From the NCBI GenBank assembly GCA_965247095.1, contig OZ251997.1, forward strand, positions 3,424,001-3,488,000: a stretch of 64,000 nucleotides of DNA, given 5' to 3'. The stretch is from Candidatus Multivorans sp. (GTDB lineage: Bacteria > Acidobacteriota > Thermoanaerobaculia > Multivoradales > Multivoraceae). Both the position numbers and the translations under genes were made by a program. Of the stretch, positions 37,356 through 46,488 are shown piece by piece; the stretch's first letter is position 1; every line of letters starts with the position of its first letter. The notes under the pieces are model-generated. The model searched no databases. It saw nothing but the letters and a program-made list of their open reading frames with translations, and was not told the origin of the DNA.

Positions 37356-37769
37356 ATGATTCCCTGGAACGACCTGAAAACGACCCTTGAGCAGGATCCC
37401 GAGTTCTGGTACACCACGCGGTACTGGACGGCCAACGTCCGGCTGAGCGTGGGCGACCGGCACCATGCGATCCGCTTCCAGGACGGCGCGTTGGCCGCGC
37501 TCGAGCCGTGCGAAGCCGACAGCCCGTGCGACGTCTTCCTGGCCGGCCCCGAAGACGAGTGGCGCGAACTCCTGCGCGCGGAGCCGCGGCCGTTCTATCA
37601 GGATCCGTTCTTCGCCAGCGTGCATCACGGCATCGAGATCAACCGCAATCAGCTCGCGTACGCCGCCTACTACCCGGCGCTGCGGCGCCTGGTCGAGGTG
37701 TTGCGGGAGATCGCCGCAGGTGGCGACGCAAAGAGGATGCTCCTCGGAGAGAAGCGGGCGAATGCCTAG
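37356..37769 (+). CDS. Hypothetical protein (possibly SCP2-like), coupled to the hydrolase
   Basis: MIPWNDLKTTLEQDPEF...EWRELLRAEPRPFYQD. Overlaps the start of the downstream gene. Confidence 0.6.
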   Translation: MIPWNDLKTTLEQDPEFWYTTRYWTANVRLSVGDRHHAIRFQDGALAALEPCEADSPCDVFLAGPEDEWRELLRAEPRPFYQDPFFASVHHGIEINRNQLAYAAYYPALRRLVEVLREIAAGGDAKRMLLGEKRANA

Positions 37770-38655
37770 CTTCGCGCGGCGCGTCGGCCGCTACCTGGAC
37801 CTCGAAGTCCAGGGCGTTTCCTACGAGGTCTACTTCGAATCGGCGGGCAACCCGGACGGCATTCCGCTGGTGCTCCAGCACACCGCCGGCTCCGACGGTC
37901 GCCAGTGGCGCCACCTGCTCGAAGACGAGCGGGTCGGCCGGGACTTCCACATGCTGGCCTACGACCTGCCCTACCACGCCAAGTCCGTGCCGCCCACGGG
38001 CATCGAGTGGTGGAAGCAGGAGTACAAGCTGACCAAGAGCTTCCTGCTCGACTTCGTGACCGCCTTCGTTGGCGAACTCGAACTCGAAGACCCGGTCTAC
38101 ATGGGCAGCTCCATCGGCGGCCACCTGGCCCTCGACCTCGCCTTGCACCGTCCGGGCCTGTTCCAGGCCGTGATCGGGCTCGAAGCCGCGATCAAGTCGG
38201 ATCCCGGCAACATCGACGTGCTCGACCACCCCGAGGTCAGCAACAGCTTCAAGGGCCACCTGATGGTCGGCCTCACCTCGCCCCTGGCGCCCGAGGCGCT
38301 GCGCCGCGAGGTCGGCTGGTGCTACAGCCAGGGCGCGCCGCGGGTGTTCCGGGGCGACCTCTTCTACTGGGGAACCGACCACGACCTGGGCGACCGGGCC
38401 TCGGAGATCGACACCTCGCAGGCCCGCGTCTTCCTGCTGACCGGCGAGTACGACGCCGCCACGACGCCGGAGATGTCCAAGGCGGTCGCCGCCCAGATCA
38501 AGGGCGCGACGTACCGGACGATGGAGGGGCTAGGGCACTTCCCGATGTCGGAGGACCCGGAGCGGTTCTTCGGCTACATCGAGCCGGTGCTGGGGGAGAT
38601 TGTGGGCGATCAGACGCGGCTGGGGGCGCCGGAGTGGCGTCCGGGCGCCCGATGA
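37762..38655 (+). CDS. Alpha/beta fold hydrolase
   Basis: LQHTAGSDGRQW, DLPYHAKS, nucleophile elbow GSSIGG, TGEYD, LGHFPMSEDP. Confidence 0.88.
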   Translation: MPSFARRVGRYLDLEVQGVSYEVYFESAGNPDGIPLVLQHTAGSDGRQWRHLLEDERVGRDFHMLAYDLPYHAKSVPPTGIEWWKQEYKLTKSFLLDFVTAFVGELELEDPVYMGSSIGGHLALDLALHRPGLFQAVIGLEAAIKSDPGNIDVLDHPEVSNSFKGHLMVGLTSPLAPEALRREVGWCYSQGAPRVFRGDLFYWGTDHDLGDRASEIDTSQARVFLLTGEYDAATTPEMSKAVAAQIKGATYRTMEGLGHFPMSEDPERFFGYIEPVLGEIVGDQTRLGAPEWRPGAR

Positions 38656-38700
38656 CGGACGCACGGACTGCTTCACGGTTGGCGCGAATCGCGCCACGCC
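38635..38700. repeat. Family B double-hairpin repeat overlapping the hydrolase stop codon
   Basis: TCCGGGCGCCCGATGACGGACGCACGGA...TGGCGCGAATCGCGCCA. Confidence 0.72.
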
Positions 38701-38819
38701 GAGCGGTATCGACGCGCCTCTTCGCCCGAGTGATACCGTCTTGGTTCGCACGGTATTGCTCCAAGATCTTCTGTACTCGGCCTCGGCACGCGCCCCCCGC
38801 AACGCTCGTCATCTGAACT

Positions 38820-39638
38820 GTGACCAAGGGCCGGCCTCCCGGACTACCTGACTTCCGCAAGCCGCCGCTTGTGGAGGTCGCGCTATCGGTACAGTTCGAA
38901 CCACTGCCCGGACTGACAACGGCTCACGTCGGGCTCCTGTGGCAGAGCAACTACCGGCACCAACTGCCTCTCATCGAAGAACATCCCCCGCTCGAGCCGG
39001 CCACAGAGGATTTCGGCCCGCCTGGTCCCCAGGGAGTCACGATCGCCTTCGGCAACAAACCGCCTGCACCGCGTGTGTGGTTTCTGAACGAGGAGAAGAC
39101 AGAGCTTCTCCAGATTCAGCCTGACCGATTCGCCCACAACTGGCGCAAGACGGGCGAACAGGACCGCTATCCGCGGTACGAGACGATCCGGGACCAGTTC
39201 AGGGATGAAGTCCGTGCGTTTGCCGGGTTCCTCAACGAGGAACGCCTGGACGGCCTATCGATCAACCAGTGTGAGGTCACCTATGTGAACCACGTCGATC
39301 TGGACGAGCCGGAGTTCAGTCGCTTGGAGAAGCTGGTCGCGAACTGGCAGCCGCTTCGCGAGTCCGCCTTCCTGCCCGTTCCCGAGGACCTGTCGTTGAG
39401 CTGGCGATTCCGAATGCCGAATGAGGCCGGCCGCTTACACGTCTTCGTCCAGCCCGCTTGGGATTCGAGCGGAAAACGCCTCTGGGCGTTCCGGCTCATG
39501 GCGCGAGGTCGTCCGGCCGGGGAAGGATTGGAAGGCGCCTTTGGGTTCCTGGATTTGGGCCGAGAGTGGGTCGTCCGCGGATTCGCGGATCTGACGACTG
39601 GCTTGATGCATCGTTTATGGGAGAGAACAGATGTTTGA
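38820..39638 (+). CDS. TIGR04255-family protein
   Basis: LPDFRKPPLVEVALSVQFEPL, PRVWFLNE..TELLQIQPDRFAHNWRK, YPRYETI, CEVTYVNH, final helix F..LTT...H.LW. Confidence 0.75.
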   Translation: MTKGRPPGLPDFRKPPLVEVALSVQFEPLPGLTTAHVGLLWQSNYRHQLPLIEEHPPLEPATEDFGPPGPQGVTIAFGNKPPAPRVWFLNEEKTELLQIQPDRFAHNWRKTGEQDRYPRYETIRDQFRDEVRAFAGFLNEERLDGLSINQCEVTYVNHVDLDEPEFSRLEKLVANWQPLRESAFLPVPEDLSLSWRFRMPNEAGRLHVFVQPAWDSSGKRLWAFRLMARGRPAGEGLEGAFGFLDLGREWVVRGFADLTTGLMHRLWERTDV

Positions 39639-40167
39639 CACAGCCCAATCGGGCCACATGGTTCTTTCTGAACCCCTCGGCTCGCCGGACGAGCACACGA
39701 CATCGTCGAGCGCGTCCAGCCAGCTTGCGAGCGGTCCTGCTCCGCCCGGGGTGCAGTTCCGGGTTGTTAGTGGACCGTATCGCGTCTTGATCGACGCGCC
39801 TCGACTCCCGTCGAAGTCGGTACTGGAGGCGATCCGTCGGGCAGCCGAGCTACTGCAACTCCCTCGGGGCTGGAACTCATACGATGCCGCGCCAGTCTCT
39901 CAGGAGTCCCTTAGAGAGGCACTCACGTTCCTCCTCGAGGCCGCAACAACCATCCCGAACTTGGCGTCACCCGCCGTCGTGCCGACGGCTCCGGGGGGAA
40001 TCCAGCTCGAATGGCACCAAGGCGGAGTGGACATCGAAGTCGAGTTCAACCCCGACGACCCACCGTCTTGGTATGCCGAAGATGTGGCAAGCGGCGAGAC
40101 AGCAGAAGAGGTCCTTGCCCCGAACGACGCCACCCTTCGCGTGTGGTTGGCTCGGGCTTCAGACTGA
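39631..40167 (+). CDS. Hypothetical protein (middle gene of the TIGR04255 module)
   Basis: Low-complexity N-terminus, then LLQLPRGWNSYDAAPVS...PAVVPTAPGGIQLEWHQGGVDIEVEF. 8-bp overlap with the upstream gene. Confidence 0.7.
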   Translation: MFDTAQSGHMVLSEPLGSPDEHTTSSSASSQLASGPAPPGVQFRVVSGPYRVLIDAPRLPSKSVLEAIRRAAELLQLPRGWNSYDAAPVSQESLREALTFLLEAATTIPNLASPAVVPTAPGGIQLEWHQGGVDIEVEFNPDDPPSWYAEDVASGETAEEVLAPNDATLRVWLARASD

Positions 40168-40171
40168 CTTC

Positions 40172-40585
40172 GTGACATCGCCCGAAGAGTGCCGGGCGCG
40201 GTTCCCCGACGATCCAGAGATCGAAGACCATGTGGGCCTGCTGCGGCGGATTCCACGAAGGCACTTCGTGCCCGACAAGAACGGCGGAGGTCGTCGGCTT
40301 TCTTCCGCAGCCTTCTACGACGACCGCGGCGGGGATCCCATGTCTGTCTATCGCACGGACGTCATCGCGTCGGAAGGCGACCGCCCGGACCGGGTGATGG
40401 CCGGGCATACGGGTTTCGGTCTGGTGTCGATCACTGCCGAGAGGTGCCGCCAGAAACAGCAGACAGTTCATGCCGATCCGCTTCCTGACGAGACTGCCCA
40501 CGCCTTGGTCTGCGGCCCGAAGACGAGGAGCCGCCGGAGGTGTTTTGCGAAGCACTCGCAATGGGTCATCGTCCCTCCGGCTTAG
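40172..40585 (+). CDS. Small hypothetical protein, possible ADP-ribosyltransferase/RES-like fold toxin
   Basis: GTG start 4 bp after the previous stop. Motifs LLRRI, RLSSAAF, MSVY, DPLPDETAHALVCG. Confidence 0.55.
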   Translation: MTSPEECRARFPDDPEIEDHVGLLRRIPRRHFVPDKNGGGRRLSSAAFYDDRGGDPMSVYRTDVIASEGDRPDRVMAGHTGFGLVSITAERCRQKQQTVHADPLPDETAHALVCGPKTRSRRRCFAKHSQWVIVPPA

Positions 40586-40606
40586 CAAGGACCGAGTTTC
40601 TCTGGG

Positions 40607-40634
40607 AAGTGTCCACGAAACCGGGGCAAGCTCA
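40607..40634 (-). mobile_element. Orphan IS3-family terminal inverted repeat
   Basis: AAGTGTCCACGAAACCGGGGCAAGCTCA is 27/28 identical to the IS3 end at 3880-3907. No transposase adjacent. Confidence 0.85.
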
Positions 40635-40657
40635 CCCCGGCGCGTTTCCGGAAGCGG

Positions 40658-43600
40658 CTACTTCGGGCGGAAGCGAGTAGCGACATACGTTTCGGCGTCC
40701 CTTTCGCCAAGCCGCACCGTGCCCGGCCCGCTCCGAACGTAGAAATCGCCGTCAGGCCGCTTCTCCAGCACCTTCCACCGCAAGTACACCGGCTCGGGAC
40801 TTCGCTGGCAACTCACGAGACAGACCGTCTTTCCCTCCACGATCTGCGTCTCAGGATCGATGCACGTGCCGGCCCGATCGCCCAAACCGTTGCGTACAAC
40901 CTGCGCCAAGTGCCGCATGAACTTGTCGTCGCTCTCCAGGCGGTCGTGGTCGATGCCGAGCACGTTGCGGTCGTCGTCGACGCCGATGAGGAGGTCCCCG
41001 CCATCGGTGTTGAGGAAGGCGGCGATGGTCTTGAGGGCCGCGTGGGTCACGTGCCGGTCGTCCTTGCGGCCCTCCTTCAGGTTCCAGCGCAGGCTCGACT
41101 TGAACTCGAGCGTCTTCGATTCCTGGAGCTTGAGCAGTTCTTCGGCTCGGCGGTGTCGCTTGATGTAGTCCTCGAACAGGTAGTCCTTGAGGGTCCGGCC
41201 GAAGTCGGGATCGTCGGTGATGCGCTTGTAGAAGTCGAAGTTGGTCTCGACGATTTCCTGGATCTTGTCCTCGACCTTGGGATCGAAGGTGAGCCGCACG
41301 TTCTCGCGGGTGTTCACCCTGGCACTCGCGGTGAGGCCGGCGTCGTGGTCGAGGGCGGATCGGATCTGTTCGAGGGTGACGCGGTGCTCGTCGGTGAGGT
41401 TCAGACCGAAGCGCTCGTTCAGGCCCTCGATGATCCGGGACAGGGCTTCCAACTCCTCGCCGCCGGCGCCGCCTGCAGGCTTGCTCCCGGCGGGCTCGAG
41501 CGGCCGGACTTGCCGTTCGAGCGCAATCCGGCCGCGGCTTGTCGGCTGGATGCGGAAGGACTCCATGTCGATGTTCTGCTGCACCTCGAGGGGCAGGGCC
41601 TCTCGGCCGACGGATAGCAGGCGGCGGAGGTGTCTGGCGAACTGGTAGAGCTTCTCGAGATCGGTATCGGCAAAGGTCAGAACCTGGGAGAGGAAGGCGT
41701 AGAGGCGGGTGTAGTCGGTGAGTTGGCCGAGAAAGTCCTGCGCTTCTTCGTCGACCAGCTCGGCGAAGCGCTGGCGGGCGGGTTCGAGGGCGGCGTAGAT
41801 TCGGTCCTGGGTGGCCTCGGGACCGAAGTACGCCCGCGCGAACGTCTCGATGTCGGCGGTCGCGAACACGCCGAAGTCGACCAGCCGTCCCTGGACTTCG
41901 TACAGCAGGTTGGGGTCGGTCTCTTCGGAGAGGAGGGTGGTCTCGTAGTACGGCTCGAAGGCCTTCTGGATCTCGTCCGGCTCGTTGGCGAAGTCGAGGA
42001 CCATCGTGCCGCCCTTGGCGGGGTGGGTGCGGTTCAGGCGAGACAGCGTCTGGACCGCGTTCACGCCGCCGAGTTTCTTGTCCACGTACATCGTGTGGAG
42101 CAACGGCTGGTCGAAGCCGGTCTGGAACTTGTTGGCGACGATCAGGAAGCGGTACTCGGGCTTGTCGAACGCGGCGGCCGTCTGCCGCTCGCCGATCACC
42201 CGATCCTGCCCGGCCGAGTTCATGCCGGACTCCGTGTAGGACTGGCCGCCGTCCTTGACCGTTCCGGAGAAGGCGACGAGCGCCTTCCAGGGGTGGCCCT
42301 TCTCCTCCACGTAGCGATCCAGGGCGAGCCTGGTGCGCACCGCGTGCAGGCGGGAGCGGGTGACGATCATTGCCTTGGCGCGGCCGCCGATCTCAGGCGC
42401 GACCAACTCGGCGAAGTGCTCCACGCAGATGGCGATCTTCTCTCGGATGGCATGCGAGTGGAGCTCGACGAAGGACTTGAGGAGATGCTCCGCCTTCCGT
42501 TTGTCGTAGCGCGGGTCGCCCTCGATCTTCTTCTTCAGGCGCCAGTACGCCTTGTAGGTCGTGTAACTGCCGAGCACGTCGAGAATGAACCCCTCCTCGA
42601 TCGCCTGGCGCATGCTGTAGAGGTGGAAGGGCTTGAACCTGCCGTCCGGCTGCTTCTCGCCGAAGAGCTCGAGGGTCTTGGGCTTCGGCGTGGCCGTGAA
42701 AGCGAACGTCGAAAGGTTCGGCAGTGGCCCGCGGAGGCGGATCTCCTCGTGGACGCGGTCTTCGAGCTCCTCCTCGGGAGTCAATGCGCCCGCCTCTGCC
42801 TGCTCGGCCTCCTCCAGGCTCTGCGCGTCGAGGACGGCCTTGAGGCTCTTGGTGCTCTCACCGGACTGCGAGGAGTGCGCTTCGTCCGCGATCACCGCGA
42901 AGCGCTTGCCGGGGAGCTGGCCGATCTCATCGGCGATGACCGGGAACTTCTGCAACGTGGTGACGATGATCGTCCGGCCGGCTTCCAGGGCCTCGCGGAG
43001 TTGGCGCGAGGTGTGGTCGATGTTTTCGACCACGCCGAGGGTCTGCTCGAACTGCCGGACGGTCTGCTGGAGCTGGCGGTCGAGCAGTCGACGGTCGGTC
43101 ACCACGACCACCGAATCGAAGACGCGCCGGTCGTCGAGGTCATGCAGCACCGAGAGCTGGTGGGCGAGCCAGGCGATCGTGTAGCTCTTGCCGCTGCCGG
43201 CCGAATGCTGGATCAGGTAACGCTCGCCCGGGCCGTGGTTGCGCGCGTGGCTGACGAGCCGGCGCACACAGTCGAGCTGCTGGTAGCGCGGGAAGATGAG
43301 GAAACGCTTGCCAGTCCTGCGCCCGCGATCATCTTCCTCCGTGACCTCCTGGATGAACTGGCGAAGGAGGTCGAGGATGCTGTCGCGGGCCCAGATCCGC
43401 TCCCACAGGTAGTCGGTGGGGTAGCCCTGGCGGGTGAGCGGGACGGCCGGGTTTCCCGCGCCGCCGTAGCGGCCCTGGTTGAAGGGCAGAAACCGGGTCT
43501 TGGGCCCCGCGAGGTGCGTGGTCACGAACACCTGTTCCGGGTCCACGGCGAAGTGGGCAAGGCAGCGTCCGTAGCCGAACAGCGGTTCCCGCGGATCCCG

Positions 43601-44194
43601 ATCGTTCTTGTACTGCCGGATGGCGTCGTCGACGGTCTGTCCAGTGAGTGGGTTCTTGAGTTCGGCCGTGAAGATGGGAATGCCGTTCAGGAAAAGCCCC
43701 AGGTCGACGCTCTCCTCGTTCTTCTCGCTGAAGTGGAGCTGGCGTACGACGGCGAAGAGGTTGGCGGCGTGCAGGCGCTGGAGTTCCTCGTTGAGGCCGC
43801 TTGCCGGTTGGAAGTACGCGAGCCGGAACTTGCAGCCCGAGTCTCTGACGCCGTTCCGCAGCACGTCGAGGGCGCCGCGGCGGGCGATCTCGCGTGACAG
43901 GCGGCCCAGGAAGCGCGGCTTCAGGTCGGCGCCGTAGTGCTGCTTGAGCTTCGTCCACTCCTTTGGCTGGGTGGCCAGGAGGAAGTCGAGGACATCGGGC
44001 GGGACCAGGCAGAGGGCGCGGTCGTAGTCCTTGGGCCGGCGCTTGTGGAAGCCGCCGGGCAGCGGGTCGTGGCCGTATGACGCGGCGGACTCGCGCAGTT
44101 CGGTGACGTCGTCCGGGTGGGCGTCGGGGCCGTGCTGGAGGAGGGCGCGCTCGATGGCCTGCTCGAAGCCGCGTTCTGAGATCTCGGGAGTCAT
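40658..44194 (-). CDS. hsdR: Type I restriction enzyme R subunit with C-terminal AlbA_2/Schlafen-like domain
   Basis: Nuclease motif VDLGLFLNGIPIFTAELKN, Walker A HSAGSGKS, DEAH, FTATP, FQTGFDQP, QTLSRLNR. Tail ESKTLEFKSSLRWN...KTIAAFLNTDGGDLLIGVDD. Confidence 0.93.
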   Translation of the reverse strand: MTPEISERGFEQAIERALLQHGPDAHPDDVTELRESAASYGHDPLPGGFHKRRPKDYDRALCLVPPDVLDFLLATQPKEWTKLKQHYGADLKPRFLGRLSREIARRGALDVLRNGVRDSGCKFRLAYFQPASGLNEELQRLHAANLFAVVRQLHFSEKNEESVDLGLFLNGIPIFTAELKNPLTGQTVDDAIRQYKNDRDPREPLFGYGRCLAHFAVDPEQVFVTTHLAGPKTRFLPFNQGRYGGAGNPAVPLTRQGYPTDYLWERIWARDSILDLLRQFIQEVTEEDDRGRRTGKRFLIFPRYQQLDCVRRLVSHARNHGPGERYLIQHSAGSGKSYTIAWLAHQLSVLHDLDDRRVFDSVVVVTDRRLLDRQLQQTVRQFEQTLGVVENIDHTSRQLREALEAGRTIIVTTLQKFPVIADEIGQLPGKRFAVIADEAHSSQSGESTKSLKAVLDAQSLEEAEQAEAGALTPEEELEDRVHEEIRLRGPLPNLSTFAFTATPKPKTLELFGEKQPDGRFKPFHLYSMRQAIEEGFILDVLGSYTTYKAYWRLKKKIEGDPRYDKRKAEHLLKSFVELHSHAIREKIAICVEHFAELVAPEIGGRAKAMIVTRSRLHAVRTRLALDRYVEEKGHPWKALVAFSGTVKDGGQSYTESGMNSAGQDRVIGERQTAAAFDKPEYRFLIVANKFQTGFDQPLLHTMYVDKKLGGVNAVQTLSRLNRTHPAKGGTMVLDFANEPDEIQKAFEPYYETTLLSEETDPNLLYEVQGRLVDFGVFATADIETFARAYFGPEATQDRIYAALEPARQRFAELVDEEAQDFLGQLTDYTRLYAFLSQVLTFADTDLEKLYQFARHLRRLLSVGREALPLEVQQNIDMESFRIQPTSRGRIALERQVRPLEPAGSKPAGGAGGEELEALSRIIEGLNERFGLNLTDEHRVTLEQIRSALDHDAGLTASARVNTRENVRLTFDPKVEDKIQEIVETNFDFYKRITDDPDFGRTLKDYLFEDYIKRHRRAEELLKLQESKTLEFKSSLRWNLKEGRKDDRHVTHAALKTIAAFLNTDGGDLLIGVDDDRNVLGIDHDRLESDDKFMRHLAQVVRNGLGDRAGTCIDPETQIVEGKTVCLVSCQRSPEPVYLRWKVLEKRPDGDFYVRSGPGTVRLGERDAETYVATRFRPK

Positions 44195-44257
44195 GGGACG
44201 TTCAGAGCGCAGCCGGACACGGCGCCGGTTGGGTTGTGCGATACTATGAGTGGTACT

Positions 44258-44512
44258 ATGCGTGGGAAGCACCGGCGAACCCTGGAGAGAATGCGCACGC
44301 GGCCAACGCCGGCGGACATCCGCTGGACGGACCTCGTAGCCATGCTCCAGGCCGCTGGTGTCCAGGTCTCGGAGCGCTCCGGGTCGAGAGTGCTCCTGAA
44401 GCAGGACGCGGAGCGGATGATTGTGCATCGGCCGCATCCAACACGGGTACTGGGCCGCGGGGCGGTGCGCGCCATCGTCGCCTTTCTCGATGCTGGAGGA
44501 GTGGAACCATGA
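44258..44512 (+). CDS. hicA: HicA-family toxin
   Basis: KHRRTLERM...DIRWTDLVAML...ERSGSRV...VHRPHP. ATGA overlap with hicB. Confidence 0.85.
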   Translation: MRGKHRRTLERMRTRPTPADIRWTDLVAMLQAAGVQVSERSGSRVLLKQDAERMIVHRPHPTRVLGRGAVRAIVAFLDAGGVEP

Positions 44513-44841
44513 TGAAGTACAAGGACTACGTTGCTGCCGTCGAATTCGACGATTCGGTGGGCCGTCTGCACGGCTGGGTCGTCAACAGCGGCCCCTATCC
44601 CATCGCGACGTTCGAAGCGATCGATGTTGACGGGCTTCGACGGGAGTTCGAGCGCTCCGTCGACGAGTACTTGGCGTCGTGCGCGGAGGATGGCGTCGAG
44701 CCGCGAAAGCCGTTCTCCGGCGTCCTCAACCTGCGGCTTGGACCCGACCTGCATCAACGAGCCGCCCTTTCCGCCGGCGCTCTCGGTGTGAGCCTGAACA
44801 GTTGGATCAAGCAGGCCGTCGAGGAGAAGGCTCTTCACTGA
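44509..44841 (+). CDS. hicB: HicB-family antitoxin
   Basis: MKYKDYVAAVEFDD...SVDEYLASC...EPRKPFSGVLNLRLGPDLH...SLNSWI. Confidence 0.9.
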   Translation: MMKYKDYVAAVEFDDSVGRLHGWVVNSGPYPIATFEAIDVDGLRREFERSVDEYLASCAEDGVEPRKPFSGVLNLRLGPDLHQRAALSAGALGVSLNSWIKQAVEEKALH

Positions 44842-44888
44842 CTGCGCGGGATAGCGGAACCGGAAGGCGAGGGCCAAGAGTCGTGTCG

Positions 44889-44943
44889 TGTCACAGCTCA
44901 ATGTCACAGCTTGTCGCAGCTCATGTCACACCTTGTCGCAGCT
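44889..44943. repeat. Array of five 10-bp direct repeats TGTCRCASCT
   Basis: TGTCACAGCT at 44889 and 44902, TGTCGCAGCT at 44912 and 44934, TGTCACACCT at 44924. Confidence 0.8.
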
Positions 44944-45111
44944 TTGACCTCGGCCCCGCGAACCTCTCCGTCAACCCGCCACGACGCGCCCAGCTTCTGA
45001 TCAGATGGGTCCAGCCCTCCGCGAATGTCGCCTGTTCCAGCACTGTTGCGCCCGCTTGGTCCGCGAGAGGTTGGCGGTGATCGCGGGGGTTGACTGTGCG
45101 CGACTGGAAGC

Positions 45112-46488
45112 TCATCGAGGTGCTGCCTCACGCACGTCGATCTTGCCGGTGACCGCGGCGGAGATGAGAGCGGTGCGGAGTTCCTTGAAGTGGCGGATTG
45201 CTTCCTCAACCTTGGCAACTAGGAGATGGACGCGGAGACACTCCTTCTGGATGTGAGCGACGATGTTGCCTTGCTCATCAACTCGTGGCACAGGCGTCGT
45301 GAGTGTCTTCACTTCGGGCATCCCGATCGTACGCAGTGTGGCGCCCATCGTTAGTCGCTCAAGCTCGCTCCGCATGGCGTCGAAGACGCGCAGCAGGTAC
45401 TCGGGACTCACGGCCTCGCTGCAAAGCCAAGCTATGAAGTGCTGCGACACGGCCGTCGAGCGCTCGGTTATCGCACAGAGGCCAATCGTTGCGTCGCGCG
45501 AGAAGACGACCGACCGTGGCGGAAGCAGGCGGGCCGACGAGTTGGCTAGCCCGAGTTCGTTCGTGTAGTACGCCGTGTCGCCGATGTAATCGTGATTCTT
45601 GAGGTAGCCAGTATCGTTCAGCGAAACCCAGGGAATGTCCCCGTCGTTCCAGTAGGCGTCGACTTTCTTGTCTGGAGTATGGCCGCTCTCCATTCGAGCG
45701 ACCCATTTCACACGCTTCACATCCCAGTGCATCGGGATCTCGCCCAGCCACTCGACGCCGGAGTCCTTCATGGGGACTTTGGGGTCGAGGCCCCGGGTGA
45801 CGACGCGGGTGATGAGGGCGGTCCGTTTCTCCTTAAGCAGCTCGATCAGCCGCTCCTTCTTCGCCACTAGCGCATCGATCTTCGCTGTCTCGCGGTCGAG
45901 GAAATCAGCGATTGCTTGTTGCTCGGAGAAGGAGGGTAGAGGATGGCGGAAGTTGCGAACAAAGTTACCGGAGATTCGCTTCTGGCCGCCCGCGCCATAC
46001 ATGGAGGCTTCTCCGATGAGGCGGAAGTGGTTGCCGAAAGTCAGGTAGAGAAGGAAACGAGCTTCCACCTCGGAAGACGGACGTAGCACGTGGAGCTCGG
46101 TCGTTCCGAAGCCGACGCTACTGGAGAGGCCTTTGGCTAGAGCGCCCTTACCGTTCTCGAAGCACGGCGTGATCTTGGCAACGATGACGTCTCCGTCGCG
46201 GAAGTACGTGTAGCCGTCGAGGACCTCTGAGAGCGGTTTGGTCGAATCGAGGCTCAGGCCGCCGTACTCGCGGATCGCTTCCATCGGAACAAAAGAAACC
46301 TCGGTCTCGGGATTGAAGGTGCTTACCTCTTTCTTGCTGAGTCTCGTTTCAACGACGAACCGGAGCCGCGTAGAGTCCCAGTGCGCCGGAATCTCCGGCA
46401 GCCACTCGATGTCGGGGTCCCTGTATTCTGGGTACCGCTGAAAGCGTCGCCGGGCCTCCTCCTCGGTCCAGTGGGTAATCTCGGTCAT
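45112..46488 (-). CDS. hsdS: Type I R-M specificity subunit
   Basis: Two TRDs with conserved spacers EQQAIADFLDRETAKIDALV...MKDSGVEWLGEIP and ELRTALISAAVTGKIDVR. Confidence 0.93.
   Translation of the reverse strand: MTEITHWTEEEARRRFQRYPEYRDPDIEWLPEIPAHWDSTRLRFVVETRLSKKEVSTFNPETEVSFVPMEAIREYGGLSLDSTKPLSEVLDGYTYFRDGDVIVAKITPCFENGKGALAKGLSSSVGFGTTELHVLRPSSEVEARFLLYLTFGNHFRLIGEASMYGAGGQKRISGNFVRNFRHPLPSFSEQQAIADFLDRETAKIDALVAKKERLIELLKEKRTALITRVVTRGLDPKVPMKDSGVEWLGEIPMHWDVKRVKWVARMESGHTPDKKVDAYWNDGDIPWVSLNDTGYLKNHDYIGDTAYYTNELGLANSSARLLPPRSVVFSRDATIGLCAITERSTAVSQHFIAWLCSEAVSPEYLLRVFDAMRSELERLTMGATLRTIGMPEVKTLTTPVPRVDEQGNIVAHIQKECLRVHLLVAKVEEAIRHFKELRTALISAAVTGKIDVREAAPR

Noticed and set aside
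2660-40634. 38-kb composite transposon between the IS3 end at 2660 and the orphan end at 40634
   Set aside because: There is no shared target duplication (TAG vs CCC), and the IS3 at 2660-3907 has its own TAG duplication, indicating a simple insertion.
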